Assembly: GCA_965223705.1 (NCBI GenBank)
Contig: OZ245015.1
Span: 1,632,001-1,696,000 of the forward strand
Direction: 5' to 3'
DNA: 64,000 nucleotides
From: Myxococcota bacterium
GTDB lineage: Bacteria; Myxococcota_A; UBA9160; UBA6930
The translations under genes were made by a program, and so were the position numbers. Each line of letters begins with the position of its first letter. Within the stretch, counting starts at the first letter, position 1. The notes beneath the pieces were generated by a model. That model made no database searches and was not told where the DNA came from. It was given only the letters and a program-made list of their open reading frames with translations. Positions 1 through 10,200 of this stretch are shown one piece after another.

Positions 1-582
1 AAAATCTCCATCTCGGGAGAGCGGCCGTGGGATCACGATGCAGCGCATGCCCGCGGCGACCGCTGCGCGGACACCCCGCTCGGTGTCCTCCACCGCTAGG
101 CAGCGCTCCGGCGGGACGCCGATGCGCTCCGCACCGACGAGGTACGCGTCAGGGTGCGGTTTGTGGCGTTCGTAGTCGCCGTTCGCCACGGTGAATTCGA
201 AGTAGCGCAGGAGATCCGTCTGTCGGTGGATACGATCGAAGTGATCGCGTTGCGAGCTTGTGACGATGCCCATGGGCAAGCGTCCGTGCAGTTCTGTCAG
301 TGTTTCCGGCACACCCGACAAGACGTCCACACCGGCGTCGAGCAGCTCGCCGTAGCGAGCGTCGCGTCGCGCCCTCATCGCGAGGACGTCATCGGTGCAG
401 TACCCGTGGTCCAACGCGAGCTCGAGGACGCTCCGCCCTCGCGTCAGGTTGATGTCGCGGAACTGCGTATCATCGACGCGAATTCCGATCTCCGCCAGGA
501 TCTCGCGGTTCGCGCGCAGAAAAATGGGCTCGGTGTCGACCAAGACACCGTCGTTGTCCCACAAGATCGCCTCGACCGTCAT
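1..582 (-). CDS. HAD-IA family hydrolase (beta-phosphoglucomutase/phosphatase-like), 3' end runs off the window
   Basis: Not in the ORF track. Manual translation gives MTVEAILWDNDGVLVDTE (motif I, DxDG), then HKPHPDAY...AVEDTERG (motifs III/IV). AGGAGG RBS at 595-600. Confidence 0.9.
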   Translation of the reverse strand, partial: MTVEAILWDNDGVLVDTEPIFLRANREILAEIGIRVDDTQFRDINLTRGRSVLELALDHGYCTDDVLAMRARRDARYGELLDAGVDVLSGVPETLTELHGRLPMGIVTSSQRDHFDRIHRQTDLLRYFEFTVANGDYERHKPHPDAYLVGAERIGVPPERCLAVEDTERGVRAAVAAGMRCIVIPRPLSRDGDF

Positions 583-623
583 CGCCGCCGATGTCCTCCT
601 GCGAGGAGTGTCACATGCTCATA

Positions 624-3600
624 TCAGAGGCGCACCCGAAAAAACAGCGAGTAAAGAACGGGAACAACGCCCAGTGTGAGGAGGGTGGCAAACATGAGTC
701 CGAAGATGATGGCGACCGCCATGGGCTCCCACATCGCGCCCCCGCCCAACCAGAGCGGTACGAGACCGCCGATGGTCGTCACGGTCGTCAGCAGGATGGG
801 ACGCAAGCGCTGACGTGCCGCCTCGAGGATGGCGGGGTAGGGCGCGAGCCCGTTCTCTTCGATTTCGAGGCGGATCCGGTCGAGTAGCACGATCGCGTTG
901 TTGATGACGATTCCCGAGAGCGAAATCACACCCAGTAGCGTCATGAAGCCAAAGTAAGAGCGGGCGAAGAGCAGGCCGTAGATCACGCCGATCATGCCGA
1001 GCGGAATCGTCAAGAGGATGATCGCGGGCCGCCGCAGGGAGTTGAACTGCCCGACCAAGAGGAGCGCGATGATCACGCCGGCGATGGGAAGCTTCTCCGC
1101 GATGGAAGCACTGGCTTTTCCGGAGGTCTCCGCTTCGCCGCCGAAGGACCAGAGCGTTCCGGGGCCCCACACCGCTTCCTGTGCTTCCAGCCATGGCTTG
1201 AGTTCCGCATTGACCTGGCTCGCGGTGAATCCCGGCTCGAGGCCGGATTCAACCGTCACGGTGCGAACACGGTTTCGGCGGAGGACCTTTGCCGGTTGCC
1301 ACACGATCTCGATATCGGCGACTTGTTTGAGCGGAACCGAGGCGCCGGTCGAGAGGGTGTACACGTTGATACTCTCGAGACGACCCAGGTCGTCACGTAC
1401 GGAGCCCGCGGAGCGGAGGACAACCGGGACAAGCTCATCGCCGTCGCGGAACTCCGTCGTCGTAAATCCCGACAAGAAGCTCTGCAAGGAAATCGCGATG
1501 TCTTGGCTCGTCACACCGGCCCGCTGCGCCCGGGCTTGGTTGACACGCACGACGAGTTTCTTTGCGCGCGGCCCCCAGTTGTCCGAGATCTGTCGCGCAC
1601 CGGCCGTTGAAGCCAGCCGGTCCTTGGTCGCTTCGACCATCTGGGTGAGTCGTTCGGGATCCCTCGCGCTCAGCCGAACCGCGACGGGCGGCCAGGCTGG
1701 AGGTCCTGATTCGAGCGGGCGCACGGTCGGGTTTACGTCCGGGAAGTTCCGCAAGATGTGCTGCTCGATTTCGGCCGCGAGTGGGTCGACGGCTTCTCGC
1801 GTCGACGCGTTCATGATCAAGATCGCGTACTCGGGACTCGACATCTCGGGGCTGTAGCCGAGCACAAAGCGCGGCGCTCCCTGGCCGATGAAACTCGCCC
1901 AGGTTGTCACCCCCGGTCGATCGTCCGTCGCGAGTACAGAGCCGCGCATCCACGACTCGAGCTCCTCGACCACGGTTTCGGTGCGCTGAATCGGCGAACC
2001 GACCGGAAGCTCCAGCTCGGCGGTGAAGGTCGGGCGGTCGTTCGCGGGGAAGAAGATGTTCGGGAGAAACCGCCCGGCGTAGAGTGCGCTCGCGAAGGTG
2101 AGAGCAACCGCCGTGAGGACCCACGCGCGGTGTTTCAGCGCAAAGCGAAGCAGGCGGTCGTAGAGTTGATAGCCCCGTCCCGAGAAGGGATCCTCCTCGG
2201 CTTGAACCTCGACTCGGAGGTAGCGTACGCAAAGCAGCGGAATCATCGTGAGAGAGAGAATCCACGAGCAGAGAAGGGTGATCGTCACGACCTTGAAGAG
2301 CGCGGCGGTGTACTCGCCGGCATCGGATTCGGCGAGGAAGATCGGGAGAAACGCCGCCGCCGTCGTGAGAGAAGAGGTCAACAGTGGTACACGCAGCTCA
2401 GAGGCCGCCTCGAGTGCTGCCGTCTTCGCGGCGGTGCCGCGTTCCATCCGCACCAGAATCGCTTCGGACATCACGATGGCGTTATCGACCAGCATCCCCA
2501 GCGCGATGATCAGCGACGCGAGCGACATTTGATCGAGGCCGATGCCGAAGAACGACATGACGAGGAGCGCCATGACCATCGCCATCGGGATAAGGCTTGC
2601 GACGACGAGCCCCGTCCGGAAACCCAAGCTCACGAGCATGACGATGGCGACCAAGGCAATCGCCTGCACGAGGTTGCCGACGAACTCCGACACTTTCTTC
2701 TCGACTGCGTCGGCCTGGGCCTGAATCAGGGTGAACTCGAGACCGATCGGGTAGAAGCTCTCGAGGCGTCGAACGGCCCCGCGAACCGCCTCGCCGAGCT
2801 CGATGATGTTCGCGCCGTCGCGCATCGAGATTGCGAGTCCAAGGGATTGCTCGCCGTTGGTACGCATGATGGTTGAGGGCGGATCGATATACCCCTCGCG
2901 CAGTTCGGCGATATCTTGGAGGAAAGAGAGTTCTCCGCTCGGGAGGCGGATGACCGAGTAGCGAATCTCGTCGACACTCTCGAAATTTCCGGTGGGTTCG
3001 AGGGCGATACGCTCGAATTCGGTTCGGACTTCACCGCCCGGAATGATGACGTTCTGCGCTTCTAGCAGGACCTGAAGCTGCGCAGGCGAGAGCCCGAGCT
3101 CCGCGAGTCGCGCGTTGTTGTATTCGAGAAAGATGCGCTTGTCCTGGCGCCCGTAGATCTCGACTTTCGCGACCGAATCGATCAGCAGGAGCTCGTCGCG
3201 CACGAAATCCGCTACATCGTCGAGCTCGGCGTAGCTAAACCCGTCGCCCGTGATTCCAATGACCGTGCCGAAGACGTCGCCGAATTCATCGTTGACGGTC
3301 GGGCCGATCACACCGTCTGGGAGATCGGGCGTCGCCTTCTCGACCTTGCGACGCAACAGGTCCCAGACTTCTTGCAGAGCGTGGCCGGGGACGTCATCGC
3401 GCAGGCTCACGTGGATGATCGACACGCCCGTTTTCGACTGGCTCGATACGAAATCGAGCTCGGGGATTTCCTGGATCGTCTTTTCGAGCTTGTCGGTGAT
3501 GAGGAGTTCGACACGCTCGGGACTCGCGCCGGGGTAGAGCGTCTGCACCACCGCGACGCGGATCGGGAACCCCGGATCTTCGGCGCGCGACATGCCGAGG

Positions 3601-3680
3601 TACGCAGAAATTCCCGCGATGAGGATCGCGACGAGAGCGACCGCGGTGATGCGGTCTTTTTCGAGCGCGAAACGTGTCAT
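624..3680 (-). CDS. RND efflux transporter permease (AcrB/AcrD/AcrF family)
   Basis: 1018 aa with two TM clusters and the motifs GMLVDNAIV, GIVINNAIVL and RLRPILLT. Confidence 0.95.
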   Translation of the reverse strand: MTRFALEKDRITAVALVAILIAGISAYLGMSRAEDPGFPIRVAVVQTLYPGASPERVELLITDKLEKTIQEIPELDFVSSQSKTGVSIIHVSLRDDVPGHALQEVWDLLRRKVEKATPDLPDGVIGPTVNDEFGDVFGTVIGITGDGFSYAELDDVADFVRDELLLIDSVAKVEIYGRQDKRIFLEYNNARLAELGLSPAQLQVLLEAQNVIIPGGEVRTEFERIALEPTGNFESVDEIRYSVIRLPSGELSFLQDIAELREGYIDPPSTIMRTNGEQSLGLAISMRDGANIIELGEAVRGAVRRLESFYPIGLEFTLIQAQADAVEKKVSEFVGNLVQAIALVAIVMLVSLGFRTGLVVASLIPMAMVMALLVMSFFGIGLDQMSLASLIIALGMLVDNAIVMSEAILVRMERGTAAKTAALEAASELRVPLLTSSLTTAAAFLPIFLAESDAGEYTAALFKVVTITLLCSWILSLTMIPLLCVRYLRVEVQAEEDPFSGRGYQLYDRLLRFALKHRAWVLTAVALTFASALYAGRFLPNIFFPANDRPTFTAELELPVGSPIQRTETVVEELESWMRGSVLATDDRPGVTTWASFIGQGAPRFVLGYSPEMSSPEYAILIMNASTREAVDPLAAEIEQHILRNFPDVNPTVRPLESGPPAWPPVAVRLSARDPERLTQMVEATKDRLASTAGARQISDNWGPRAKKLVVRVNQARAQRAGVTSQDIAISLQSFLSGFTTTEFRDGDELVPVVLRSAGSVRDDLGRLESINVYTLSTGASVPLKQVADIEIVWQPAKVLRRNRVRTVTVESGLEPGFTASQVNAELKPWLEAQEAVWGPGTLWSFGGEAETSGKASASIAEKLPIAGVIIALLLVGQFNSLRRPAIILLTIPLGMIGVIYGLLFARSYFGFMTLLGVISLSGIVINNAIVLLDRIRLEIEENGLAPYPAILEAARQRLRPILLTTVTTIGGLVPLWLGGGAMWEPMAVAIIFGLMFATLLTLGVVPVLYSLFFRVRL

Positions 3681-4777
3681 GGTTGCGGGGCCGCGACCTC
3701 GGGCGGCTTCACGGCCATGCCGTCCCGCAGGCGTCGGACGCCCGCCGTGACCACGACATCGCCCGTGCTGACCCCGGTGAGGACTTCGATCCCTTCGCTC
3801 GTCAGCTCGCCGACTGTGACCGGTCTGCGCACGACGCGCGCTTCCTCGCCGGCGGTCTCCACGAGGAAGACAAAGCGACCGTCCCGATCTTCTCCCACGG
3901 CGACGGGTGGCAAGACGAAGCGCGCTTCGCCTCCGTTCGCGACAAAAGAGAAGCTCGCTTCGGCGGCCATGCCCGGCCGGACAGCGCCGTTGACTTCGTT
4001 CAGGAGGAGCGTGACGGGGTAGGTGGTGGACGCTCCCGTCGAGGCGACGCCGACCTCGTTGACCGTCGCCCCAAAGGTCTGCCCCTCGAGCGCGTCGAAC
4101 TGAACCGTCACCGCGTCGCCTGTGTGGATTGCGCCGATCAACGCCTCGGGAATCGTGAGCTCTACTTCGATCTGATCGCCGGAAGTCAGAACGGCCACGG
4201 GCGTGCCCGCCGCAACGTTCTCCCCGACCTCGCCGGGGATGCTCGAGATGGCCCCGGCGACGGCGGCCCGAAGCTTCGTGTAGGACAGCTGTGAGCGAGC
4301 GAGGCGGAGCTGCATCGAAGACGACGAGACCTGGGCTCGCCCCGATTCTGCGGCGGCGCGGGCGGAGTCCAGATCCGCACGGGAAGCGTTGTTGTTTTCG
4401 TAGAGTTCCCGCACGCGCTCGTAGTTCGCGCGCCCGTTGCGATCCTGTGCTCGCGACGACGCAAGCTGGGCTTCCGCTTGCTGGACCTGCAGCGAGAAAT
4501 CGCTCGCGTCGAGCTCCGCGATGAGCTGTGAGGGCTCGACCGTTTGCCCGACGCGTACGTGAATCTGTTCGATCCGGCCGGCGACGCGAAAAGAAAGCTC
4601 CGACTCGACACCGGCCCGGGCGACCCCCGAGAAGGTACGGGTCCGTGTCCCATCCTCTTCACTCACCACAATGGTGCGGACGGGGCGCAGAGGAGCCGGC
4701 GGTTCGGGCGGGTTGCCTCCGCAGGCGACGAGGGCCAGCGTGGCGATCACAATGGAACGGTCCAAGCGCGCGGTCAT
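3677..4777 (-). CDS. RND periplasmic adaptor (MFP), probable lipoprotein
   Basis: Start placed at MTARLDRS because its ATGA overlaps the upstream stop. Lipobox-like LVAC, lipoyl/hairpin motifs (SFRVAGRI, LRAAVAGAI). Confidence 0.9.
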   Translation of the reverse strand: MTARLDRSIVIATLALVACGGNPPEPPAPLRPVRTIVVSEEDGTRTRTFSGVARAGVESELSFRVAGRIEQIHVRVGQTVEPSQLIAELDASDFSLQVQQAEAQLASSRAQDRNGRANYERVRELYENNNASRADLDSARAAAESGRAQVSSSSMQLRLARSQLSYTKLRAAVAGAISSIPGEVGENVAAGTPVAVLTSGDQIEVELTIPEALIGAIHTGDAVTVQFDALEGQTFGATVNEVGVASTGASTTYPVTLLLNEVNGAVRPGMAAEASFSFVANGGEARFVLPPVAVGEDRDGRFVFLVETAGEEARVVRRPVTVGELTSEGIEVLTGVSTGDVVVTAGVRRLRDGMAVKPPEVAAPQP

Positions 4778-7191
4778 GGATGGATCCCTCGGCTGCGGAA
4801 GTAGTCCTGATACTCGCGCAAGAGTTCGCTGCGCTCTTCGTCCGTCATGAAGAGGTCGAACCGTCCGATGGCCCGCTGCGCCTGCATCAGCTCGATCAAG
4901 AAATCGTACTCGGCATTGGCCGCGACTTGGTTCGCCACGAGCGCGGCGTTCTGGGCATCGAGTAGATCGAGGATCTCCGCCGCGCCCCGCGCGTACGCGT
5001 CGCCCACGAGATCGAAATTGGCCTGCGCCGCCTCTGCGGCATCCCGAGCCAGCGCGATTTGAGCGAACGCGCCGCCCGTCGCCAGCAGTGCGGACCGCGT
5101 GCGCTGCTCGATCCGATCCCGCGTCGCCGCCCGCTGCGTCTTGAGTTGTCGTAGCTCGAGATCGCTCCGCCGCAATTCCGCGAAGCGGCGGCCCCCTGCG
5201 AAGAGGGGATAGCTCGCAGTCAGCGCGATCGACCAATCGGAATCATTGCTGTCGGGCGTCAGCGACGCGATCGGCTCGGGAAGGTCTCCCCGCGCTCCAC
5301 CGCGGCCGAGTTCATCGGCGACGCTGGCTTGAAGCCCCACGCTCGGGAGGAGGAAGTCTCGACGGCGGTTCTTGACCACGCGCTCTTGGGCGCTGACCCC
5401 AGCATCGAGCTGGGCGAGCTCGGGCGACTGGCGCAAGCTCAAGCGGGCCAGGAAGTCGCGAAACACGCGATACTTCTCCGGATTGTCGATCGTCGTCGAG
5501 AGCACTGGATCGGTGAACACGAGTCCGAGCGCGTCGACGTCGACGTCGCTTGCCTCGTAGTCCTGCTCGAGCTCGCGACGGAGCAGACGGTTGAGCGCGA
5601 TCTTGGCCTGGGCGGTCGCGACCACCGCATCGATCACCGCCTGGCGATCCGTCGCGATCTGACTCTCCCAGCGGTAGATCTCACTCGCCGCCGCGGTACC
5701 GATACGCCCGCGTACCCGAGCGAGCTCGAGGTTCTGCCGGGTGAGGCGCACGTTCTCGCGCTGAATCCGCTCGAGCGCCCGGGCGCGAAGGACGTCGAGA
5801 AAACCCACAGCGCCGTCGCGCGTGATATTGAGCTCGAGTTCGCGTCGCGCAGCGCGCCGGGCCACCTGTCGCTCTTTCTCGACGTCGAAGCCGGCCCAGG
5901 CGTCGTCGTCGTACAGCAGCTGACGCAGGACGAGCGAACCCGTCGCGGAACGCTCGGAAGCCGTACCGCCGCTGGCCAAGGCTCGGTCCGCGTCGATTTG
6001 CACGGCTTCCGCGCGCACCTCGAGCTCCGGGAGGAGCGCCGACCGTGCTTCCCGCACCCGCTGAAGCCCCGCGCGCACCTCCTCGTGACGCGCGGCCAGG
6101 TCGAGATTGCGGGCCACCGCTTCGCGCATCGATTCTTCGAGGCTGAGGGTCGCCTCTACGGGATCGTCTTCGTATAGGACCTCGGCTTCTGTCAGCGTGT
6201 CCCACCGGGGCGAGAAGCCAATCGCTCGGGCGGTGCGCGCATTGAGCGTAAGTCGCTCACCACGGGGAAATTCGACCGGGAACGTACCCGGATCCTCCCC
6301 GAGGAGAGCGCGCTGCACATTCAAGGCGACGCGACGTGCGAAACGCTGCGGCCGATTGGCGGGTGCGATGCCGAGGAGAATCCCGGCCTCGACTTCCTCT
6401 CGAGATCCGAACGCGAAGCTCGGAAGCTTGCGTTCGATAAGGCCATCGATCAGGCGCTGCTCTTCTTGTCGCGTGAGGTGAACCATCGGCGAGATCACGA
6501 CCCCGTCGACCTCGGGCGGGAGCGCCTCGAGAGACGCCACAGGATCATCGAGACCGACCGGAATCGTCGTCAGCTCGAGGCCGAGCGACCGCGCTCGCTC
6601 CTTCGCCGCCGGTGCGAGCCACGGCAGATCGTCGACCAGCGGAGCTGCGGTGAGAAGACCAATGTTCGTCACCGGCGCATTCAGCGAAAACTCGTCCAGC
6701 GCGTTGCGAAGCAGACCGCGGCTGCCGAGGTAGTTGAGGTTCCGAACCCCCGACGTCCCGTCATCGCGGACCGGGAATCGCTGAAGCTCGGGGTCGATCA
6801 AAAACGGAACGAAGAGCGGTTTGCTCGGACGGAGGTCGAGGGCCGCCTGAGCCCCGATGACTCCGAGCACGATGACGACGTCGATTTCGGCGTCCGAGAG
6901 CACGGCCTCGATCTCGCGTCGGATTCCCCCGAGCGTCCAATCGGCTTCCACCAAGCCGCCTGCCGTAAAGGCCACGTCGAACTCACCGGCCAGCAGCGCC
7001 TCGATTTCGCCGCGAAGCAGCGGGGCGTATTCGCGGAAGAACCCCGGTCCGTCCGCTACCAATGCAATGCGCGCGGGCCGCGCGGAAATAGCCGGAACGG
7101 GCGACGCCAGGGCAAGCAGGAGGATCGAAGCGGCCAGGCGAGCGAAGTGGGGCACGGCGAGAGCGTATGGAAGCCTGGGCCGGTGGGGCAA
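4774..7191 (-). CDS. TolC-family outer membrane factor fused to an N-terminal ABC-type substrate-binding-like domain
   Basis: C-terminal ~450 aa has two OEP repeats (LSLEESMREAVARN; ILDLLDAQ). N-terminal ~340 aa resembles a periplasmic binding protein (LTLNARTARAIG). Confidence 0.85.
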   Translation of the reverse strand: MPHRPRLPYALAVPHFARLAASILLLALASPVPAISARPARIALVADGPGFFREYAPLLRGEIEALLAGEFDVAFTAGGLVEADWTLGGIRREIEAVLSDAEIDVVIVLGVIGAQAALDLRPSKPLFVPFLIDPELQRFPVRDDGTSGVRNLNYLGSRGLLRNALDEFSLNAPVTNIGLLTAAPLVDDLPWLAPAAKERARSLGLELTTIPVGLDDPVASLEALPPEVDGVVISPMVHLTRQEEQRLIDGLIERKLPSFAFGSREEVEAGILLGIAPANRPQRFARRVALNVQRALLGEDPGTFPVEFPRGERLTLNARTARAIGFSPRWDTLTEAEVLYEDDPVEATLSLEESMREAVARNLDLAARHEEVRAGLQRVREARSALLPELEVRAEAVQIDADRALASGGTASERSATGSLVLRQLLYDDDAWAGFDVEKERQVARRAARRELELNITRDGAVGFLDVLRARALERIQRENVRLTRQNLELARVRGRIGTAAASEIYRWESQIATDRQAVIDAVVATAQAKIALNRLLRRELEQDYEASDVDVDALGLVFTDPVLSTTIDNPEKYRVFRDFLARLSLRQSPELAQLDAGVSAQERVVKNRRRDFLLPSVGLQASVADELGRGGARGDLPEPIASLTPDSNDSDWSIALTASYPLFAGGRRFAELRRSDLELRQLKTQRAATRDRIEQRTRSALLATGGAFAQIALARDAAEAAQANFDLVGDAYARGAAEILDLLDAQNAALVANQVAANAEYDFLIELMQAQRAIGRFDLFMTDEERSELLREYQDYFRSRGIHP

Positions 7192-7210
7192 GCGGGTGCT
7201 GGGCGCGCGA

Positions 7211-10200
7211 CTATGCGTCGGCCTCCGGGTCAGAACCGAGCACCGAGTCGAGCTGACGTTCCTTGTCTTCCGCGCTCTTGAGGCTCGCCTCGAGTTCGCG
7301 CCGTTGGTCCTCGTTCAACGAAAGCACCGTCAGCGGGTCGGCTCTCTTCCACAGGGGCACGGCCGAGAAGCCGATGGCGGCGAGAGAGCTCGAGCGCATG
7401 ATCACCGACAAGAGGCCCGTCGCGCCCGCAATGGCGAGCGACTGGAACGATCGGTGAACCCACTCGATGTCCGCGCCTTCTTCCTCGAGCTGTCGGGTGA
7501 GCTCGCTCCGCAGGGTCTCGATCGATTCCAAGAAGGCCGGGTGCACGTAGCGCTTGGCCGCCTTGTCGTGTTCTTCTTCGAACACTTGGCTAGTACCACC
7601 CGACGTCCGTTCCGCTTCAACCAAAGTGAGCCCTCGTGTCTCGAAGCGCCCAGAGTCGCTCGCCGCAGCATGGAGCTCCCGTTTCTCACGAACAACTTCG
7701 TTGACCTGACCCAGCGTCAGATGAGCGTCCGCCGTGGAAATACGCTCTTCCTTTTGCGGAGTCGCGACTTTCGTTTCGACTTTGGGTTCGTCGGGTGAGG
7801 GCTCGGCCGACGCTACTTCTTCGGGCTCCGGCGTAGCGACGACTTGCTTGGCCTCGATTTCCACGCGTACAGCGCGGGAGTCGATCGCCCCCGCGGAATC
7901 CTCGGCGGAGATCATCAGATCGAAAGCCGTGCGACCACTGTTGCCGAGGGCGTTCGGATTGGCCACGAAAACGTCACCCGTCGACGGATCGATCGCGAAC
8001 GCTCCATCGACGTTGCCGCCCACGATGGCGTAGACCACCGAATCTCCCGGATCCGGATCGACGGCAACCACTTGACCCACCCACGATCCGGGCCCGGCTC
8101 CCTCACCGACACCGAACGTGTCCGCGTAGAGGACCGGCGCGTCGTTCTGCGGGTTGACGGTGACGTTCACGGTGGTGGTATTGGAAGGCGCGCCCGAAAG
8201 ATCACGGATCGTGTACGTGAAGGAGTCGGCGATCGTCTCGGACCCGTCGTGGGTGTACGTGACGGTACCGTCGCCGTTGACGAGGACGGTTCCGTTCGCC
8301 GGCGCTCCGATAATCTGGATCGATGCGAGATCGAGGGGGTTGTCGGGATCCGTATCGTTCGCGGCGAGGTCGATATTGACGGCCGCTCCTTCGTTGACGA
8401 GCGCCGCATCATCGACGGCCGTGGGGGCGTCGTTTTGGGGCGTTACGGTGACGTTGACCGTGGCCGTGTTCGAGATAGAACCCGAGAGGTCGCGGATCGT
8501 GTACGTGAAGGAATCGCCGGTGGTCTCGGACCCGTCGTGGGTGTAGGTCACCGTACCATCGCCATTGACGACGATCGATCCGTTCGCGGGCGACCCGAGG
8601 ATTTGGATCGACGTGAGGTCGAGGGGATTGTCGGGATCGGTGTCGTTCGCGGCGAGGTCGATGCCGACGGCCGCGCCTTCGTTGACGACGGCAGCGTCGT
8701 CGACCGCAGTCGGTGGATCGTTCTGAGGCGTCACGGCGACGTTCACCGTGGTGTTCGAGATAGCACCCGAGAGATCGCGGATCGTGTACGTGAAGGAATC
8801 CGCGGTGGTCTCGGACCCGTCGTGGGTATAGGTGACCGTGCCGTCGCCATTCACGAGGACGGTTCCGTTCGCGGGCGCCCCAACGATCTGGATCGATGCG
8901 AGATCGAGTGCGTTGTCGGGATCGGTGTCGTTCGCCACGAGATCGATATTGACGGGGGCGCCTTCGTTGACGACCGCGGCATCGTCTACCGCGGTCGGCG
9001 CATCGTTCTGCGGCGTCACGGTGACGTTGACCGTGGCCGTGTTCGAGACGGCACCGGATAGATCGCGGATCGTGTACGTAAACGAGTCCGCGGTGGTTTC
9101 GGATCCGTCATGGGTATAGGTCACCGTACCGTCGCCATTGACGAGGATGGATCCGTTCGCGGGCGCTCCGACAATCTGGACCGACGTGAGGTCGAGGGGG
9201 TTGTCGGGATCGGTGTCGTTCGTCGCGAGGTCGATGTTGACCGCGGCGCCTTCGTCGACCAAAGCCGCGTCGTCTACCGCCGTCGGGGCGTCGTTCTGCG
9301 GGTTGACGGTGACGTTGACCGTGGCCGTGTTGGAGACCGCGCCCGAGAGGTCGCGGATCGTGTACGTGAAGGAATCGCCGGTGGTCTCCGACCCGTCGTG
9401 GGTGTAGGTGACCGTACCGTCGCCATTGACGAGGATGGATCCGTTCGTGGGTGCTCCGACAATCTGGATCGACGTGAGGTCGAGGGGATTGTCGGGATCG
9501 GTGTCGTTCGCGGCGAGGTCGATATTGACGGCCGCTCCTTCGTTGACGAGCGCCGCATCATCGACGGCCGTGGGGGCGTCGTTCTGGGGCGTTACGGTGA
9601 CGTTGACCGTGGCCGTGTTCGAGATAGCACCCGAGAGATCGCGGATCGTGTACGTGAAGGAATCGCCGGTGGTCTCTGATCCATCGTGGGTATAGGTGAC
9701 CGTCCCGTCGCCGTTCACGAGGATCGATCCGTTCGCAGGCGCGCCAACGATCTGGATCGATGTCAGGTCGAGAGGGTTGTCGGGATCGGTGTCGTTTGCG
9801 GCGAGGTCGATGCCCACCGCGGCGCCTTCGTCGACCACCGCCGCATCATTGACCGCGGTCGGCGCATCGTTCTGAGGTGTCACCGTGATGGTGACCGTGG
9901 CGGTATTGGACACAGCACCCGAGAGGTCGCGGATCGTGTATGTGAAGGAGTCCGCGATGGTCTCGGACCCGTCGTGGGTGTAGGTCACCGTACCATCGCC
10001 ATTGACGACGATCGATCCGTTCGCGGGCGCTCCGACAATCTGGACCGACGTGAGGTCGAGGGGGTTGTCGGGATCGGTGTCGTTCGTCGCGAGGTCGATG
10101 TTGACCGCGGCGCCTTCGTCGACTAACGCCGCGTCGTCTACCGCCGTCGGGGCGTCGTTCTGCGGGTTGACGGTGACGTTGACCGTGGCCGTGTTGGAGA

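Noticed and set aside
154..887. Plus-strand ORFs here, and the many similar antisense/alternate-frame ORFs across the window
   Set aside because: They are shadow ORFs of real genes, expected in high-GC DNA, and carry no motifs.
4778..5236. N-terminal extension of the MFP in the ORF track
   Set aside because: It overlaps tolC in another frame and is low-complexity. The ATG at 4777 gives a signal peptide and translational coupling.
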